NCBI GenBank assembly: GCA_965238275.1
Contig: OZ250186.1
Coordinates: 288,001-352,000, forward strand
DNA length: 64,000 nucleotides
Direction of reading: 5' to 3'
Source of the DNA: Nitrosopumilus sp.
Lineage (GTDB): Archaea; Thermoproteota; Nitrososphaeria; Nitrososphaerales; Nitrosopumilaceae
Every line of letters begins with the position of its first letter. Position 1 is the stretch's first letter. The notes beneath the pieces were generated by a model. It was given only the letters and a program-made list of their open reading frames with translations. It was not told the DNA's origin and did not search any database. A program made the translations under genes and the position numbers. Of the stretch, positions 49,802 to 60,226 are shown piece by piece.

Positions 49802-51876
49802 GTCTACGGGATCTGGATCTGAAGCCCCAGTATGACTCCATAACAGACGACGTGTACGGGGATTTTTTCAACAAGGTGCTCAAACGCTCTCTGATGTGTG
49901 CTCGAGTGGGAGGAAAGTTCACATCCAGAAACTTTGCTGCATGCGCTGAGGGGATGCAAGAGTTCATCACTCTTGACGGGACAATGAGACTAGTTCTGCT
50001 GCCCGAGTTTACTGAGGAAGACATCGACGCGATTAACATGGGTGTTAGCAGGGCACAAGACGTGCTCTCTGAGAGATGGATACACGATCTGTCTGAAGTG
50101 AAGGACAAATTCGTGGAGAGTCACACTAAGGCGCTGGCGTGGATGCTTGTCAACGGGCATCTAGAGATCAAGATAGTTGTGCCCGTGAGGAGCGATGGGT
50201 CGGTAGTGTCGTACATGGAGCTGCATGATAGTCAGGTATTTCGCAACAAGATAGGCATATTCTGGGACGGGAACAATGATGCCGTGTCATTTTCAGGCAA
50301 TATCGAGTTTGATGACAGAATGATGGGAGAATATTACCAGTTCAGAGTGTATCGAGGATGGGATGAAAGCGAGAGGCGATACGTGGAACAGGATCTAAAT
50401 GAATTCTACAGATACTGGGATGGCCAAGGGATAAACTCCGAAATCGTGCTGAAGACACTGGCACTACCCGATGCGGTGAGGGACAGTTTATTCAGAATAG
50501 CCCCAAAGTCAAAACCAGAGATAATTCTACAGAACACACCTAGACTCCGTCCGTACCAGAAGGAAGCTGTGCGCATGTGGAACGAAAACGGAGGTAAGGG
50601 CGTGTTCGAGATGGCCACTGGCACTGGCAAAACATTTACCGCTATAGGGTGCATCGAAAAAACCAAGGAAAAAGAGGACAGGTTACTCGTTGTGGTGGCA
50701 TGCCCATTTGATAACCTAAAGAGACAATGGAAATGCGAGCTGGAGAGATGGGACATCAAGTCTATCGTGATTTCTGACACTCGGAATTGGCTCCAGACCT
50801 TAAAGGATCAAATCGCGTCACTGGAGGTATCTGGGAATGGTAGGATTGTAGTAGTGATCACCACGTACAAGACACTCAGCTCCGACAAGTTCGTCCAAGC
50901 CATAAAGAGATGCCGCATTCCGACCATGTTGGTGGCAGACGAGGTTCACAACGCGGGGTCTTCCGGGCAGGCGGCCGGGCTTACGGAATCTTACAGGTAC
51001 CGGTTGGGTCTGTCGGCTACGTTGGAGAGGTACTTTGACCCGGTGGGAACGGAACTAGTGCGCCGGTTCTTTGAGAAAACCGTATATGAAATGAACCTGA
51101 AGATGGCCATAGAGAACGAGTTTCTTGTGGGTTATCACTACTACCCAATCTTCACGGACTTGAACGGTGAAGAGTACAAAGAATATCGGAAATACACGAA
51201 GAACATAGCGAGGTTGTGGAATGCAAAAAAACCAGAGCATCGTAGGCGTCTTGAGAATGCCATACTTGCACGGTCACGTATAGTGCGTGATGCGGCAAGC
51301 AAGCTTGACAGGTTTGGGGAGTGGGTAGAGAAGCACAAGGACAACATGGGGTACACACTCGTATATTGTTCCGAGAGGCAGACGACTGAGGCCAAACAAA
51401 CCCTTACTCACTCCGATATAGTTAACCGTGAGATCACGGCCAAAAATCCGTCTGATCCTAGTCAGAGGCCAATCATCCTGAAAAACTTTAGTGCTGGACG
51501 CTATGATGTGATAGTGGCCAACAAGGTGCTTGATGAGGGTGCCGACGTACCGGCAGCAAAGCGATGTATGCTTCTATCCAGCACAGGAAATCCCAAGCAA
51601 TTCATCCAGCGGCGAGGCAGAGTGCTTAGAAAATTCAAGGGCAAGTATGGTGATGGGAGTCGCAAAGAACACGCAGATATCTATGACGTACTAGTCATTC
51701 CGGATCTGTCCTCAGACTACACTTCAGAAGAGATCAGTACGGAGCGCCAGATCGTTGATTCACAGATTCGCCGTCTGGAGGAGATGGCAGAGGCAGCCAT
51801 TAATAGGGACGAATGTATGAAGATCATAGTAACACTCAAGGCCAAGTTCTCTCTAGAAAAGACCCACAGGGTGTAA
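49798..51876 (+). CDS. pbeA: PLD-like + SF2 helicase (PbeA-like)
   Basis: LRPYQ, MATGTGKT, DEVH, LGLSAT, LDEGADVP, FIQRRGRVLR; N-terminal PLD-like region. Confidence 0.75.
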   Translation: MSLRDLDLKPQYDSITDDVYGDFFNKVLKRSLMCARVGGKFTSRNFAACAEGMQEFITLDGTMRLVLLPEFTEEDIDAINMGVSRAQDVLSERWIHDLSEVKDKFVESHTKALAWMLVNGHLEIKIVVPVRSDGSVVSYMELHDSQVFRNKIGIFWDGNNDAVSFSGNIEFDDRMMGEYYQFRVYRGWDESERRYVEQDLNEFYRYWDGQGINSEIVLKTLALPDAVRDSLFRIAPKSKPEIILQNTPRLRPYQKEAVRMWNENGGKGVFEMATGTGKTFTAIGCIEKTKEKEDRLLVVVACPFDNLKRQWKCELERWDIKSIVISDTRNWLQTLKDQIASLEVSGNGRIVVVITTYKTLSSDKFVQAIKRCRIPTMLVADEVHNAGSSGQAAGLTESYRYRLGLSATLERYFDPVGTELVRRFFEKTVYEMNLKMAIENEFLVGYHYYPIFTDLNGEEYKEYRKYTKNIARLWNAKKPEHRRRLENAILARSRIVRDAASKLDRFGEWVEKHKDNMGYTLVYCSERQTTEAKQTLTHSDIVNREITAKNPSDPSQRPIILKNFSAGRYDVIVANKVLDEGADVPAAKRCMLLSSTGNPKQFIQRRGRVLRKFKGKYGDGSRKEHADIYDVLVIPDLSSDYTSEEISTERQIVDSQIRRLEEMAEAAINRDECMKIIVTLKAKFSLEKTHRV

Positions 51877-51974
51877 GAAAGTACGTCCAAGCGTAAATTA
51901 TTGGATTACTAGGAACAACCCATTATTTTGCCCACTAAATCTAAAAACTTTTAAGATATTTTGCAACGACAGAT

Positions 51975-52175
51975 ATGTTGACTATAAACCCGCTCATACT
52001 GGATAAGATTGACAGTCTTGATGTGCCAGACAAGATAAAGATGATCCTCAAAGAGATTCTTGAGATGGAGGATCGTCTAGAGATACACGACGAAAAGAGG
52101 GGTGCTGTGTCATCGATAAGCAAGATTCTTGAGAAATATGCCGACGAGGGGGACGTAAAGGAGTTCTGTTCCTGA
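51975..52175 (+). CDS. Small helical protein (PbeB-like by position)
   Basis: 66 aa, between the helicase and SMC ATPase genes, 1 bp from the next start. Confidence 0.65.
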   Translation: MLTINPLILDKIDSLDVPDKIKMILKEILEMEDRLEIHDEKRGAVSSISKILEKYADEGDVKEFCS

Positions 52176-52176
52176 C

Positions 52177-54264
52177 ATGGCAGATACAAATAGCCTTCAG
52201 CTGGGTAAGGTTTCAATGAGGAATTACAAGGCGTACCGTGGGGATGTATCAGTAGAGATGTCCCTAGAACAGGATAAGACCATCACAATCATCCACGGTG
52301 AGATGGGTAAGGGGAAGACCACGTTATTGGAGGCAATCTACTGGTGCCTGTATGGAGAGGAGCGGTCTGCGACGGACAGTGACGATGGTATACTGAACAG
52401 CGACGTTCTGAATCAGTTGGAAGTGGGTGGTGGAGATGAGACATCTGTTGAGATATCTCTGCATGTGCAGGGCGAGTTGAGATACAAGATAAAACGCGCA
52501 GTACAATTTGACAAGAAGAACGAGTCGGCCGAGAGCAGAAGGCACAAGTTGGTTGGAGGGAGTCTGCCAAGCGGAATTGAAATAACCGAGAATGTGGAAT
52601 ACAGCGAGTTGCCCCCACGATCAGATGACTGGATGGTGCTACACAACTCTTCGAGGATATCAGACAAGATAGAGAACCTGTTTCCCAGATCGCTGTCGTC
52701 GTATTTTCTGTTCGATGCGGAACTTCTTGACAAATTCTTCAAGACCGATGACGAGATCCTTGTAAGGAATGGCATTGAGAAGATATCTGGCATACCAGTA
52801 ATTGACAATGCCACAAAACACCTAAAGCAATCTAGCAGTACAATTAGGAAAGACATAAAGGAAATTAATCTGGATCCGATCACAAACCAAATGTCGCACT
52901 GGGAGCAGGCAAGAAAAGAAAGCAAGGCGACGATTGACGAGACAGATTCACGCTTGAATAAGATTAATGCTAAAATAGAACACATCGAATATTATCTGAG
53001 AAACCACAGTGAGGAGCTCATAAATTCTACCCAGGGAAAGTTGGATGCCATTAACTATAGCATAAAGAAGATTAACGATAATAGAAAGAAAAATCAGCAC
53101 CACATGAATGACTGGATCTTGTCATCTAACGTAATGTTGCAGCTGAAGGGTGTCATAGAGTGCAGCATTGAACTGTGTGACGCATGGGAGAAAGAGGGTA
53201 AGATCCCGATCGCAGTAAGCAAACATACTCTTAACGGCATATTACACAACAAGCCACCTACGTGTATATGCGGTGCGTCACTGGATGATGGAAGCACGGG
53301 CAGACGCCATATTGAGGATCTGTTGGGGGAGAGTCTGGCCGAGTCGCCGGTAATCCAAAACATATCAACCGGAAGGGGACATTGGGCAGACATGGTAGAA
53401 AAGACAGAACATATCCGTGATGAGCTTGCAGAGTTGAGAGCAGAACGTAGTAGTGCCAATTCTGAGTACGATACCCAGAACGCCAAGAGAAAGGAATGCG
53501 GACATATACTTGAAGCGCACAACGTGGACGAAGTCAAGCAACAATCTCAGAGTCTACGAGATCTCATTAAGGAAAAGAGAGATCTAGACGGTAAAAAGGC
53601 CATGGCGCAAGATAAAATGGCACGTGCGGAAAGGGAATATGCACAACTTGAACAAAAATACGACGAAACACTAAAGCGTACCCGCAAGTACGAGTCGCAG
53701 AGAAATCGGATAGCTTTGGCACAGACTCTTTCCACCATGCTTTCCAAGTGTTGCACCGATCTGATCGAGGAGATGCGTAACATCGTGGCAAAAAGAACTG
53801 AAAAGTACTTCTTTAGGCTGGTGTCGAATGACAATTTTGCAAATATAGAGATCTGTCCGGATTACAAGACGGTGGCAGTAGGCCATGATGGGAAGAGCAA
53901 GTCTCTTTCGGCGGGACAGAGCTGTTGCCTTGCGCTGTCGTACATAGCTTCCATACGCGACATCGCAGAGAAAAACTACTTTATGGTAATAGACTCACCA
54001 TTCCACAACATATCCCAAGATGAGAGAGTGGGCATAGCTCAGAACCTCCCAAAATTCATCCCCGGAACACAGTTAACTTTTCTAGTGCAGGATCAAGAGT
54101 ACACGGGCCATGCTCAGAAAGGCATCATCGGGGAAGAAATTCAGTCGGTTAGGAAGACATTCATGGACAACAAGAGTCTGTGGCGGGAGTATCTCTTGGA
54201 GAAAAACAAAGAACTTGGTGACATGTCACCTCGTACGACCATCAAGGTGGTAGAAGAACAATGA
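52177..54264 (+). CDS. pbeC: SMC/Rad50-like ATPase with CxC motif (PbeC-like)
   Basis: GEMGKGKTT, YFLFDAE, CICG, LSAGQ, IDSPF. Confidence 0.72.
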   Translation: MADTNSLQLGKVSMRNYKAYRGDVSVEMSLEQDKTITIIHGEMGKGKTTLLEAIYWCLYGEERSATDSDDGILNSDVLNQLEVGGGDETSVEISLHVQGELRYKIKRAVQFDKKNESAESRRHKLVGGSLPSGIEITENVEYSELPPRSDDWMVLHNSSRISDKIENLFPRSLSSYFLFDAELLDKFFKTDDEILVRNGIEKISGIPVIDNATKHLKQSSSTIRKDIKEINLDPITNQMSHWEQARKESKATIDETDSRLNKINAKIEHIEYYLRNHSEELINSTQGKLDAINYSIKKINDNRKKNQHHMNDWILSSNVMLQLKGVIECSIELCDAWEKEGKIPIAVSKHTLNGILHNKPPTCICGASLDDGSTGRRHIEDLLGESLAESPVIQNISTGRGHWADMVEKTEHIRDELAELRAERSSANSEYDTQNAKRKECGHILEAHNVDEVKQQSQSLRDLIKEKRDLDGKKAMAQDKMARAEREYAQLEQKYDETLKRTRKYESQRNRIALAQTLSTMLSKCCTDLIEEMRNIVAKRTEKYFFRLVSNDNFANIEICPDYKTVAVGHDGKSKSLSAGQSCCLALSYIASIRDIAEKNYFMVIDSPFHNISQDERVGIAQNLPKFIPGTQLTFLVQDQEYTGHAQKGIIGEEIQSVRKTFMDNKSLWREYLLEKNKELGDMSPRTTIKVVEEQ

Positions 54265-54725
54265 GCAACAGGATATCAAGACTGTTGCAGGCAGACTGGC
54301 CGGCACACATGTCGTACGACAAGGATGAACCGGATGTAGAGGGTTTTTATTCTACGATCAGTGGGACGGTTAGGGAAAAGACCTCAATATTCAACAACAA
54401 GAGACAGATAGACATATTCCTTTTGGCAATGGCGATGGGAATTGAGATGGGTGAGAGAAAGAAGCTGAAAAGACCATCGCAGACGCTCCGCCGCGATGCA
54501 TTGACCGAGATAGAGGTGTGGATGATGTGCAGTGTAGCCCTTGCCGAGGAACGCACCTTGGACGTACTGGCCAACCCATCAAGGGTAATCAAGATTTGTG
54601 AAGAATACTCCAACGGGGGCATAAATACACTGATGAGCCTCAACATGCTCAGCGGCAGCAATATATCGGAACCATATGAGGAGTCACTTGAGAATTTTCT
54701 AGACAAGCACATGTCCAAAGACTGA
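54261..54725 (+). CDS. Small protein (PbeD-like by position)
   Basis: DIFLLAMAMG...ICEEYSNGGI; overlaps the ATPase stop. Confidence 0.62.
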   Translation: MSNRISRLLQADWPAHMSYDKDEPDVEGFYSTISGTVREKTSIFNNKRQIDIFLLAMAMGIEMGERKKLKRPSQTLRRDALTEIEVWMMCSVALAEERTLDVLANPSRVIKICEEYSNGGINTLMSLNMLSGSNISEPYEESLENFLDKHMSKD

Positions 54726-54740
54726 TGAGCAAAGAACCAC

Positions 54741-57146
54741 ATGTCCTGTACCTCTGATTTTAAATCTAAATGCGATCCAACTATAACCAACCTAGATTCA
54801 GATGGGATCATTCGAGCAAATATGTTAGTCTCAGTTGCCATAAAGGCAAACCGAAAACATCCGCTCTTGTTTCTTCCAGATTTTGTGGAGGACTTGTTCA
54901 ATGGCATGTATAGCCGCAAGATGATGAATAAACATCACATACACACATACAACGACTTTAACACGATGACATCATCAACCCTCGGATTTAACGGGCAGAG
55001 AACCAAGAGTCATAACGAGGACTGTCTAGAGAAAAACTTGGCGATACGTGACTGGCGACAGCAGTACGATATCTTCATGTCCCAATTTAGATTGTTTCGT
55101 TCACAGTTAGTAGATATGTTTAACTGTAGTCTACTCAGAACACTTGTAGCACATACTGTATTGAGGCTACAGTACATCCCATACAATAACACAGAAAAGT
55201 CGGTGATTGAGTCTTACAACGCTCTAAAGGCAGACATTCATATTCCGCGGGACGCGGTATTTGAAGACTATATTGCAGATGGATTTGTACATAAAATCGA
55301 TTCTGCCACAGCACACATGGCGCACGAGTCCCTCCTGACACGCATAGAAGGAGATATCTCATTACCAGCCAAGTACACACATGTGAGAGTTGCGATGCAG
55401 AATATGATAAAAAACAACAAGGGTGGTATACAGTACCAGAGTCTAATGACAAAGGTTCTAGGAGAGTTTCCGCTATTTCGGATGCTGCCTGGCAGAGGTG
55501 AGATCGACTACATGCTAGATAACCTAGAGCACGATGGAGATATAATCTGCAAACAGGCGTTTTGGAAATTTGCGCCATTTTCTAACCATCTTTTCTCCTC
55601 TGATTCTTACAGGGCTAGTATAGAGGCGATGAAGGCACAGGCGGTGTCAATGGGGCGTATCAAGTTCTTTGGACGGCGTATGACGCCGGATCGATTCGTA
55701 TCGGAACTGCATGCTCTCGAAGCCGGTGACTTAGACGACAGAGACGACCAAGTTACACGGATTGCCGGATTGGTGCTGAGCGACGCGGTATTGCTTCAGA
55801 GCCCGGCGGAGCATGTACCAGGATTCGACTTTGTGATGGATTTTACGAACTACAACTTTAGGCCCGAACAGGAGGACATGATGAAAAAACTCAACTTTGT
55901 GGTGCGATCAAAAACCATTCACTGTAAGGTAATGATAAAAGACACGATCACATCACATGAAATTGATGAGCTACACAAGATCGTTCCGGACGACGAACAG
56001 GGGGTAGTGTTTACGTGCAGTCCGGTATCTCAGGTCGTCAAGCGACAGACGCTGAACAACAGGACGATCCAGATAATCGACGAGGGCGGCATACGCGCTT
56101 GGTGCGCTATCACATCCACCATGCCATGTAGGCTCAACTCCGTTGCCCGAGTCAGGTATGGAGATGACAGGGGAAAGGCAGTCATGGTAGAGTCTGTCAA
56201 CTATGAATCTGGCATGGCTGTTGTGAAGGCGGTGCCTGATCGCAAGGAAATGACACTTCCAATTGGATGTCTTGAGGAGATCGGTCCTGACGTGGATATT
56301 TTGATAGATACTGAATCTGAAAACCTCGTACGTGCACAAAGGAAAATGACACGTCTGGAAAATGACTTTTCAACTGATCCGGTGGACAAGATTCTCAATC
56401 AGGTAGTGAATAACGAATCAGTACATGTAGATGACGATTTTATCACCGCCTCAGAGGAGTACTTCGGGTTCTTATGCAATTTGGCTAGCTTGGCAGGGAA
56501 TACGTTTGAGACAGGACTGAGTTTGAACGTGCATGCAATCCACAGAACACGTATGGGATTGATGAAAAGCATCAAGCCTGAAACGTTTGATGGACCTCAT
56601 CCAGATATTGACATTTCCGAAGAATCTCGACATGTTAGGTATGTGGAGTTCAAGAACGGTATACACTCTACAATCAACATGTTTTCACTTGCAAGTGGCA
56701 GTTCATTCGCGTGCGAGTGTTTTCACAGACTTAACGAGACGTACCGTTTTACCCTGTGCAGCCACATGGTAGCAGCCATTATCCGACTAGGGTTTGAGGA
56801 GCATAGAAATTGGAAGTTTGCGAGGCATCGAATATCCACGTTTCAAGAGGGGTTGAATGCACTCAGAATGAAGAATGTTATGAGAGGGATACTTGCATTA
56901 CGTGACGTGATTGGGGACAATTCGAAACAATTGATCAAAGAATACATTTGGTCTTATATGGCGAACAATGACGAAGATCAAGAAGCCACGAATACTACAG
57001 GTTTCTGTAATGCTGAAAAAAACATTCGCGATTTGCTGGAGAATAATTCCGAACTGTTGAAACTCTTAGAAATTTTGGGGGCGGACATATCTAAGCTGGA
57101 CGAGAATTCACTGAAGCGTGTAGTCAACGCACTGTATGATCATTAG
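54741..57146 (+). CDS. Large hypothetical protein with possible degenerate restriction-endonuclease fold and SWIM finger
   Basis: 801-aa ORF; FDFVMD...IHCKV...GVVFT...IQIIDE; CECFH...LCSHMVAA; start uncertain. Confidence 0.65.
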   Translation: MSCTSDFKSKCDPTITNLDSDGIIRANMLVSVAIKANRKHPLLFLPDFVEDLFNGMYSRKMMNKHHIHTYNDFNTMTSSTLGFNGQRTKSHNEDCLEKNLAIRDWRQQYDIFMSQFRLFRSQLVDMFNCSLLRTLVAHTVLRLQYIPYNNTEKSVIESYNALKADIHIPRDAVFEDYIADGFVHKIDSATAHMAHESLLTRIEGDISLPAKYTHVRVAMQNMIKNNKGGIQYQSLMTKVLGEFPLFRMLPGRGEIDYMLDNLEHDGDIICKQAFWKFAPFSNHLFSSDSYRASIEAMKAQAVSMGRIKFFGRRMTPDRFVSELHALEAGDLDDRDDQVTRIAGLVLSDAVLLQSPAEHVPGFDFVMDFTNYNFRPEQEDMMKKLNFVVRSKTIHCKVMIKDTITSHEIDELHKIVPDDEQGVVFTCSPVSQVVKRQTLNNRTIQIIDEGGIRAWCAITSTMPCRLNSVARVRYGDDRGKAVMVESVNYESGMAVVKAVPDRKEMTLPIGCLEEIGPDVDILIDTESENLVRAQRKMTRLENDFSTDPVDKILNQVVNNESVHVDDDFITASEEYFGFLCNLASLAGNTFETGLSLNVHAIHRTRMGLMKSIKPETFDGPHPDIDISEESRHVRYVEFKNGIHSTINMFSLASGSSFACECFHRLNETYRFTLCSHMVAAIIRLGFEEHRNWKFARHRISTFQEGLNALRMKNVMRGILALRDVIGDNSKQLIKEYIWSYMANNDEDQEATNTTGFCNAEKNIRDLLENNSELLKLLEILGADISKLDENSLKRVVNALYDH

Positions 57147-57171
57147 TATCAGTTCCATGTACCTGCGTATA

Positions 57172-58422
57172 TACCAAAAGTGAAAAGTTGATGCGATTGT
57201 CACATATTTTACCGCATCTAAAGTTATACCAATTTCACGTCCCACAGTCAATGAAGATCAAGACGATGTTGAAAAGATACGCCGCTGAGACAGACTGCGA
57301 TACCAAGGACCGCATGATGCTGATCATCAGAGTCAAACGTGACGGGATAACCATGAGGGATTCTGCAAAATCCCTGGGAAAGTCAGCCTCGTGGGGCTAC
57401 AAGTGGCACGAGCGCTACCTGGAAGTCGGATTTGACAGGCTGGGAAACATGCCGCGTTCCGGCAGGCCGACCAAGGCGAGCAAGGCAGACATGAAGAAGA
57501 TCAGAAAGGCCGCATGCAGAAAACCTGTCTGGACGGGCATGGAGATGCAGCAATACATCCAACAGAAGACCGGAGTAAGGTACGAACTCGGATATGTGCG
57601 CCAGATACTGCGCGGGTGGGGCTATTCCCAGAAGGTTCCCGTAGGAAAACATGCAAGGGCACCTGACGAGGAGATCAGGAAATTCCAAAAAGAGATGCCA
57701 GAGCTTATAAAAAAAAGAACAGCGAAGGAACAGTCGTAGCGATACAGGACGAGTCCATAGTAATCTCCGATGCGCGGCCGCGAAGACGCGGCTACACCAG
57801 GAAGGGAATACGGGCGTTTTTCACGTACACCGGCTCACACTCCAAGACGATAATCCACGGACTGATCACCACGGACGGCAGGGGCATGTTCCGGCAGTAC
57901 GACGCGTTTACCAAGGACACCTTTGAGGACTTTCTAAGGCAGGCGATGTACAGGTTCAAGAAGATCTGCCTGATCATGGACAAGGCCTCCCAGCACAGGG
58001 CATCAAACATACGCAAACTGCTTGATGGCACAGACGGCCTGGAGATAGTCTTCCTGCCAACTGCAACCCCGGACCTGAGCGCCATAGAGACGTACTGGAG
58101 GGATCTCAAACGGGCAGTGCTTGACGTGCCGTACACCAGCCTGAGCATGCTCCGCGAGGCGATCACCAGGTACACGAGGTACAAAAAACCGAATCTGGTC
58201 GTTGAAAACTTTCTGTACAGGGCCATCTAGAACGACATCAAACCGCACCGGACCCACGCCGCCTAGCGTGTGCCATGCACGGCGCACCAGAGCATGCAAT
58301 GTCTAATGTTCGGGGCGTCTTTTCTCGTCATTTGGGAATTCAACGCACCTCGTAATTTCCAGAGACGGCTGTTGCATCAAAAATTTATGAGCGATTTTGA
58401 TATGAATTTTTCATTGCTGGTA
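57172..58422 (+). mobile_element. IS630-family element
   Basis: TA-taccaaaagtgaaaagttgat / atgaatttttcattgctggta-TA imperfect TIRs. Confidence 0.8.
57251..58230 (+). CDS. IS630 transposase with probable programmed -1 frameshift at A8 (57709-57716)
   Basis: ORF1 HTH domains; -1 frame gives IQDES...MDKASQH...LPTATPDLSAIE; same A8 tract in the 9.8 kb paralog. Confidence 0.85.
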
Positions 58423-58766
58423 TACATCAGCATTCACAAAGATAATTCTAAGAGTTCTAGGAAAAACAAGGAAAAAAAATTGATATGGGATTACCACCCA
58501 ATATGCAACTCCCAACACAACTAGGATTCATTCCACCTTATCCTTCTTTCCCGATCAGCTACTATGTCCATAACACGTTTGTAGCCTCCCACAGAACGCC
58601 AATCAATCTCCGGGTAGTCACCACATTTGCAATTTTTCCTAGTCAGGTTGTCGTTAATTATCACGGTTTTGCCGTAGCGGTGTTTCCTTCTCAAAAAACA
58701 GATCATCTTGTGGATCTGCCGTAAAGGAGTGCCCATGCCGCCGCCAGCCTCGTTGCTTTCTTCATT

Positions 58767-60192
58767 AGAGAATATGCGTAATCCCCCTGTTCACACCGAT
58801 AAATTTAGATCAGGCACGATCGCGTCTCACATCAAATGCCAGACTCGCCTGATCAGATCATACACAGATTGGAACAGGAAAACAAAAATCTGAAAAAAAT
58901 TTTAAATCAGAAAGACAGGGAGTTGGGCCTTGAGCGCGGCCTGTGGAGGAGCAGGGATGATGGCTGGAACCCCGGCAAGGGACCTGTGCTGCACCGGCTA
59001 GAAGTGCTAGACGACATAATACGCGATGGGGACAAGCTCCGTCAGGCCACGCTGGCAGACGGGGAACAGTTCCGGTACATGCTGGAACGGGCCAAGGTGT
59101 TTCTGACGCATTCGGGCCAGATGCCGCTGTTCCGCGATAACGCATCCCGGGTCTCCGATCCCGGAAACCGGTGCAAGCTGTACCTGAGACACGCGCTGCT
59201 CATGACACTTGTCCACAAAAAGGACAACCCCACCCAGGGCGTGCTTGCCGCGTTCTTCGGGATAGACCAGACCACCGTATCCCGGTACATTCCAGTGATG
59301 GATGCGATGCTGGCAGGAATACTTCCGACGGCAGACAACATATCCGAGGAGGTTGCTGCTGCCCCGGCCAAGGAGGATTTCAAGAAGATCGTGCCCGGGC
59401 TCGACGGGGGCAAGATCTTCATAGACGGCACGCACTGCCCCATACAGCGCCTGTCTGTAAAGTCAGTCCGGCGCATGAAATACTCCGGCAAGAAGAAAAA
59501 ATTCACCAACAATACCAACGTGTACACCAACCAGAACGGGGTGGTGATTGGCATATCAAAAAGCACCGTCGGGTCAGTCGGCGACATCACGCTTCTCAAG
59601 GAACGCCCCATGCCGTTTGGAAAATGGGAGAAGGCGATGCACGATCCGGACCTGCCAGAATCAGACGGGTGCCACCCATTCGTCGACCGCGGCTATCAGG
59701 GAGTCGCAGACCACTTGCCCGGCACCACGCCGGAGATCCCGTACAAGAAGACCAGGGACACGCCGCTGACGCAGGAGCAAAAAAAGCACAACCACAGGAT
59801 CAACTCCACCCGGGTGTTGGTGGAGCACACGATAGGCAGGCTCAAGCGCTACGCGCGCCTCACCGACCCGTACGACGGGACGGCGGCTCAGTTCAACAGG
59901 GAGTTTAACGTGATCACCGGACTGGTAAACCTGAACCTTTTGTGGGACTTTATAGAAAAGGATCCGCCGCCACCCGGGCAGTGGAAGACGTCAGTAGACT
60001 GGGACAGGGCCTGCTCCAAAGCTCCGGTTCAGTAGAATTCAGGGCACGATGAAGTGCTGCAAGGCTGCGCATGTTATTTTGGATTTTGAGGCGAGCGGAC
60101 TTGCCACATGCCCGACACGAGTAGTTTTGGGCCGTATTTTTCCGGTTTTTTATGGCCGGACTGGCAAAATGGATGGATTACGCATATTTTCT
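58767..60192 (+). mobile_element. IS5-family (ISL2-like) element, copy 2
   Basis: TIR agagaatatgcgtaatcc; 3-bp TSD ATT. Confidence 0.9.
58836..60035 (+). CDS. DDE_Tnp_4-type transposase
   Basis: IDGTH, DRGYQG, VEHTIGRLK; 399 aa intact. Confidence 0.92.
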   Translation: MPDSPDQIIHRLEQENKNLKKILNQKDRELGLERGLWRSRDDGWNPGKGPVLHRLEVLDDIIRDGDKLRQATLADGEQFRYMLERAKVFLTHSGQMPLFRDNASRVSDPGNRCKLYLRHALLMTLVHKKDNPTQGVLAAFFGIDQTTVSRYIPVMDAMLAGILPTADNISEEVAAAPAKEDFKKIVPGLDGGKIFIDGTHCPIQRLSVKSVRRMKYSGKKKKFTNNTNVYTNQNGVVIGISKSTVGSVGDITLLKERPMPFGKWEKAMHDPDLPESDGCHPFVDRGYQGVADHLPGTTPEIPYKKTRDTPLTQEQKKHNHRINSTRVLVEHTIGRLKRYARLTDPYDGTAAQFNREFNVITGLVNLNLLWDFIEKDPPPPGQWKTSVDWDRACSKAPVQ

Positions 60193-60226
60193 ATTCATTC
60201 TATCACCCCCTGTTTCAAAGAAAAAC

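Noticed and set aside
58521-58736. 71-aa ORF between IS elements
   Set aside because: Possibly a gene fragment, but no motif supports a call.
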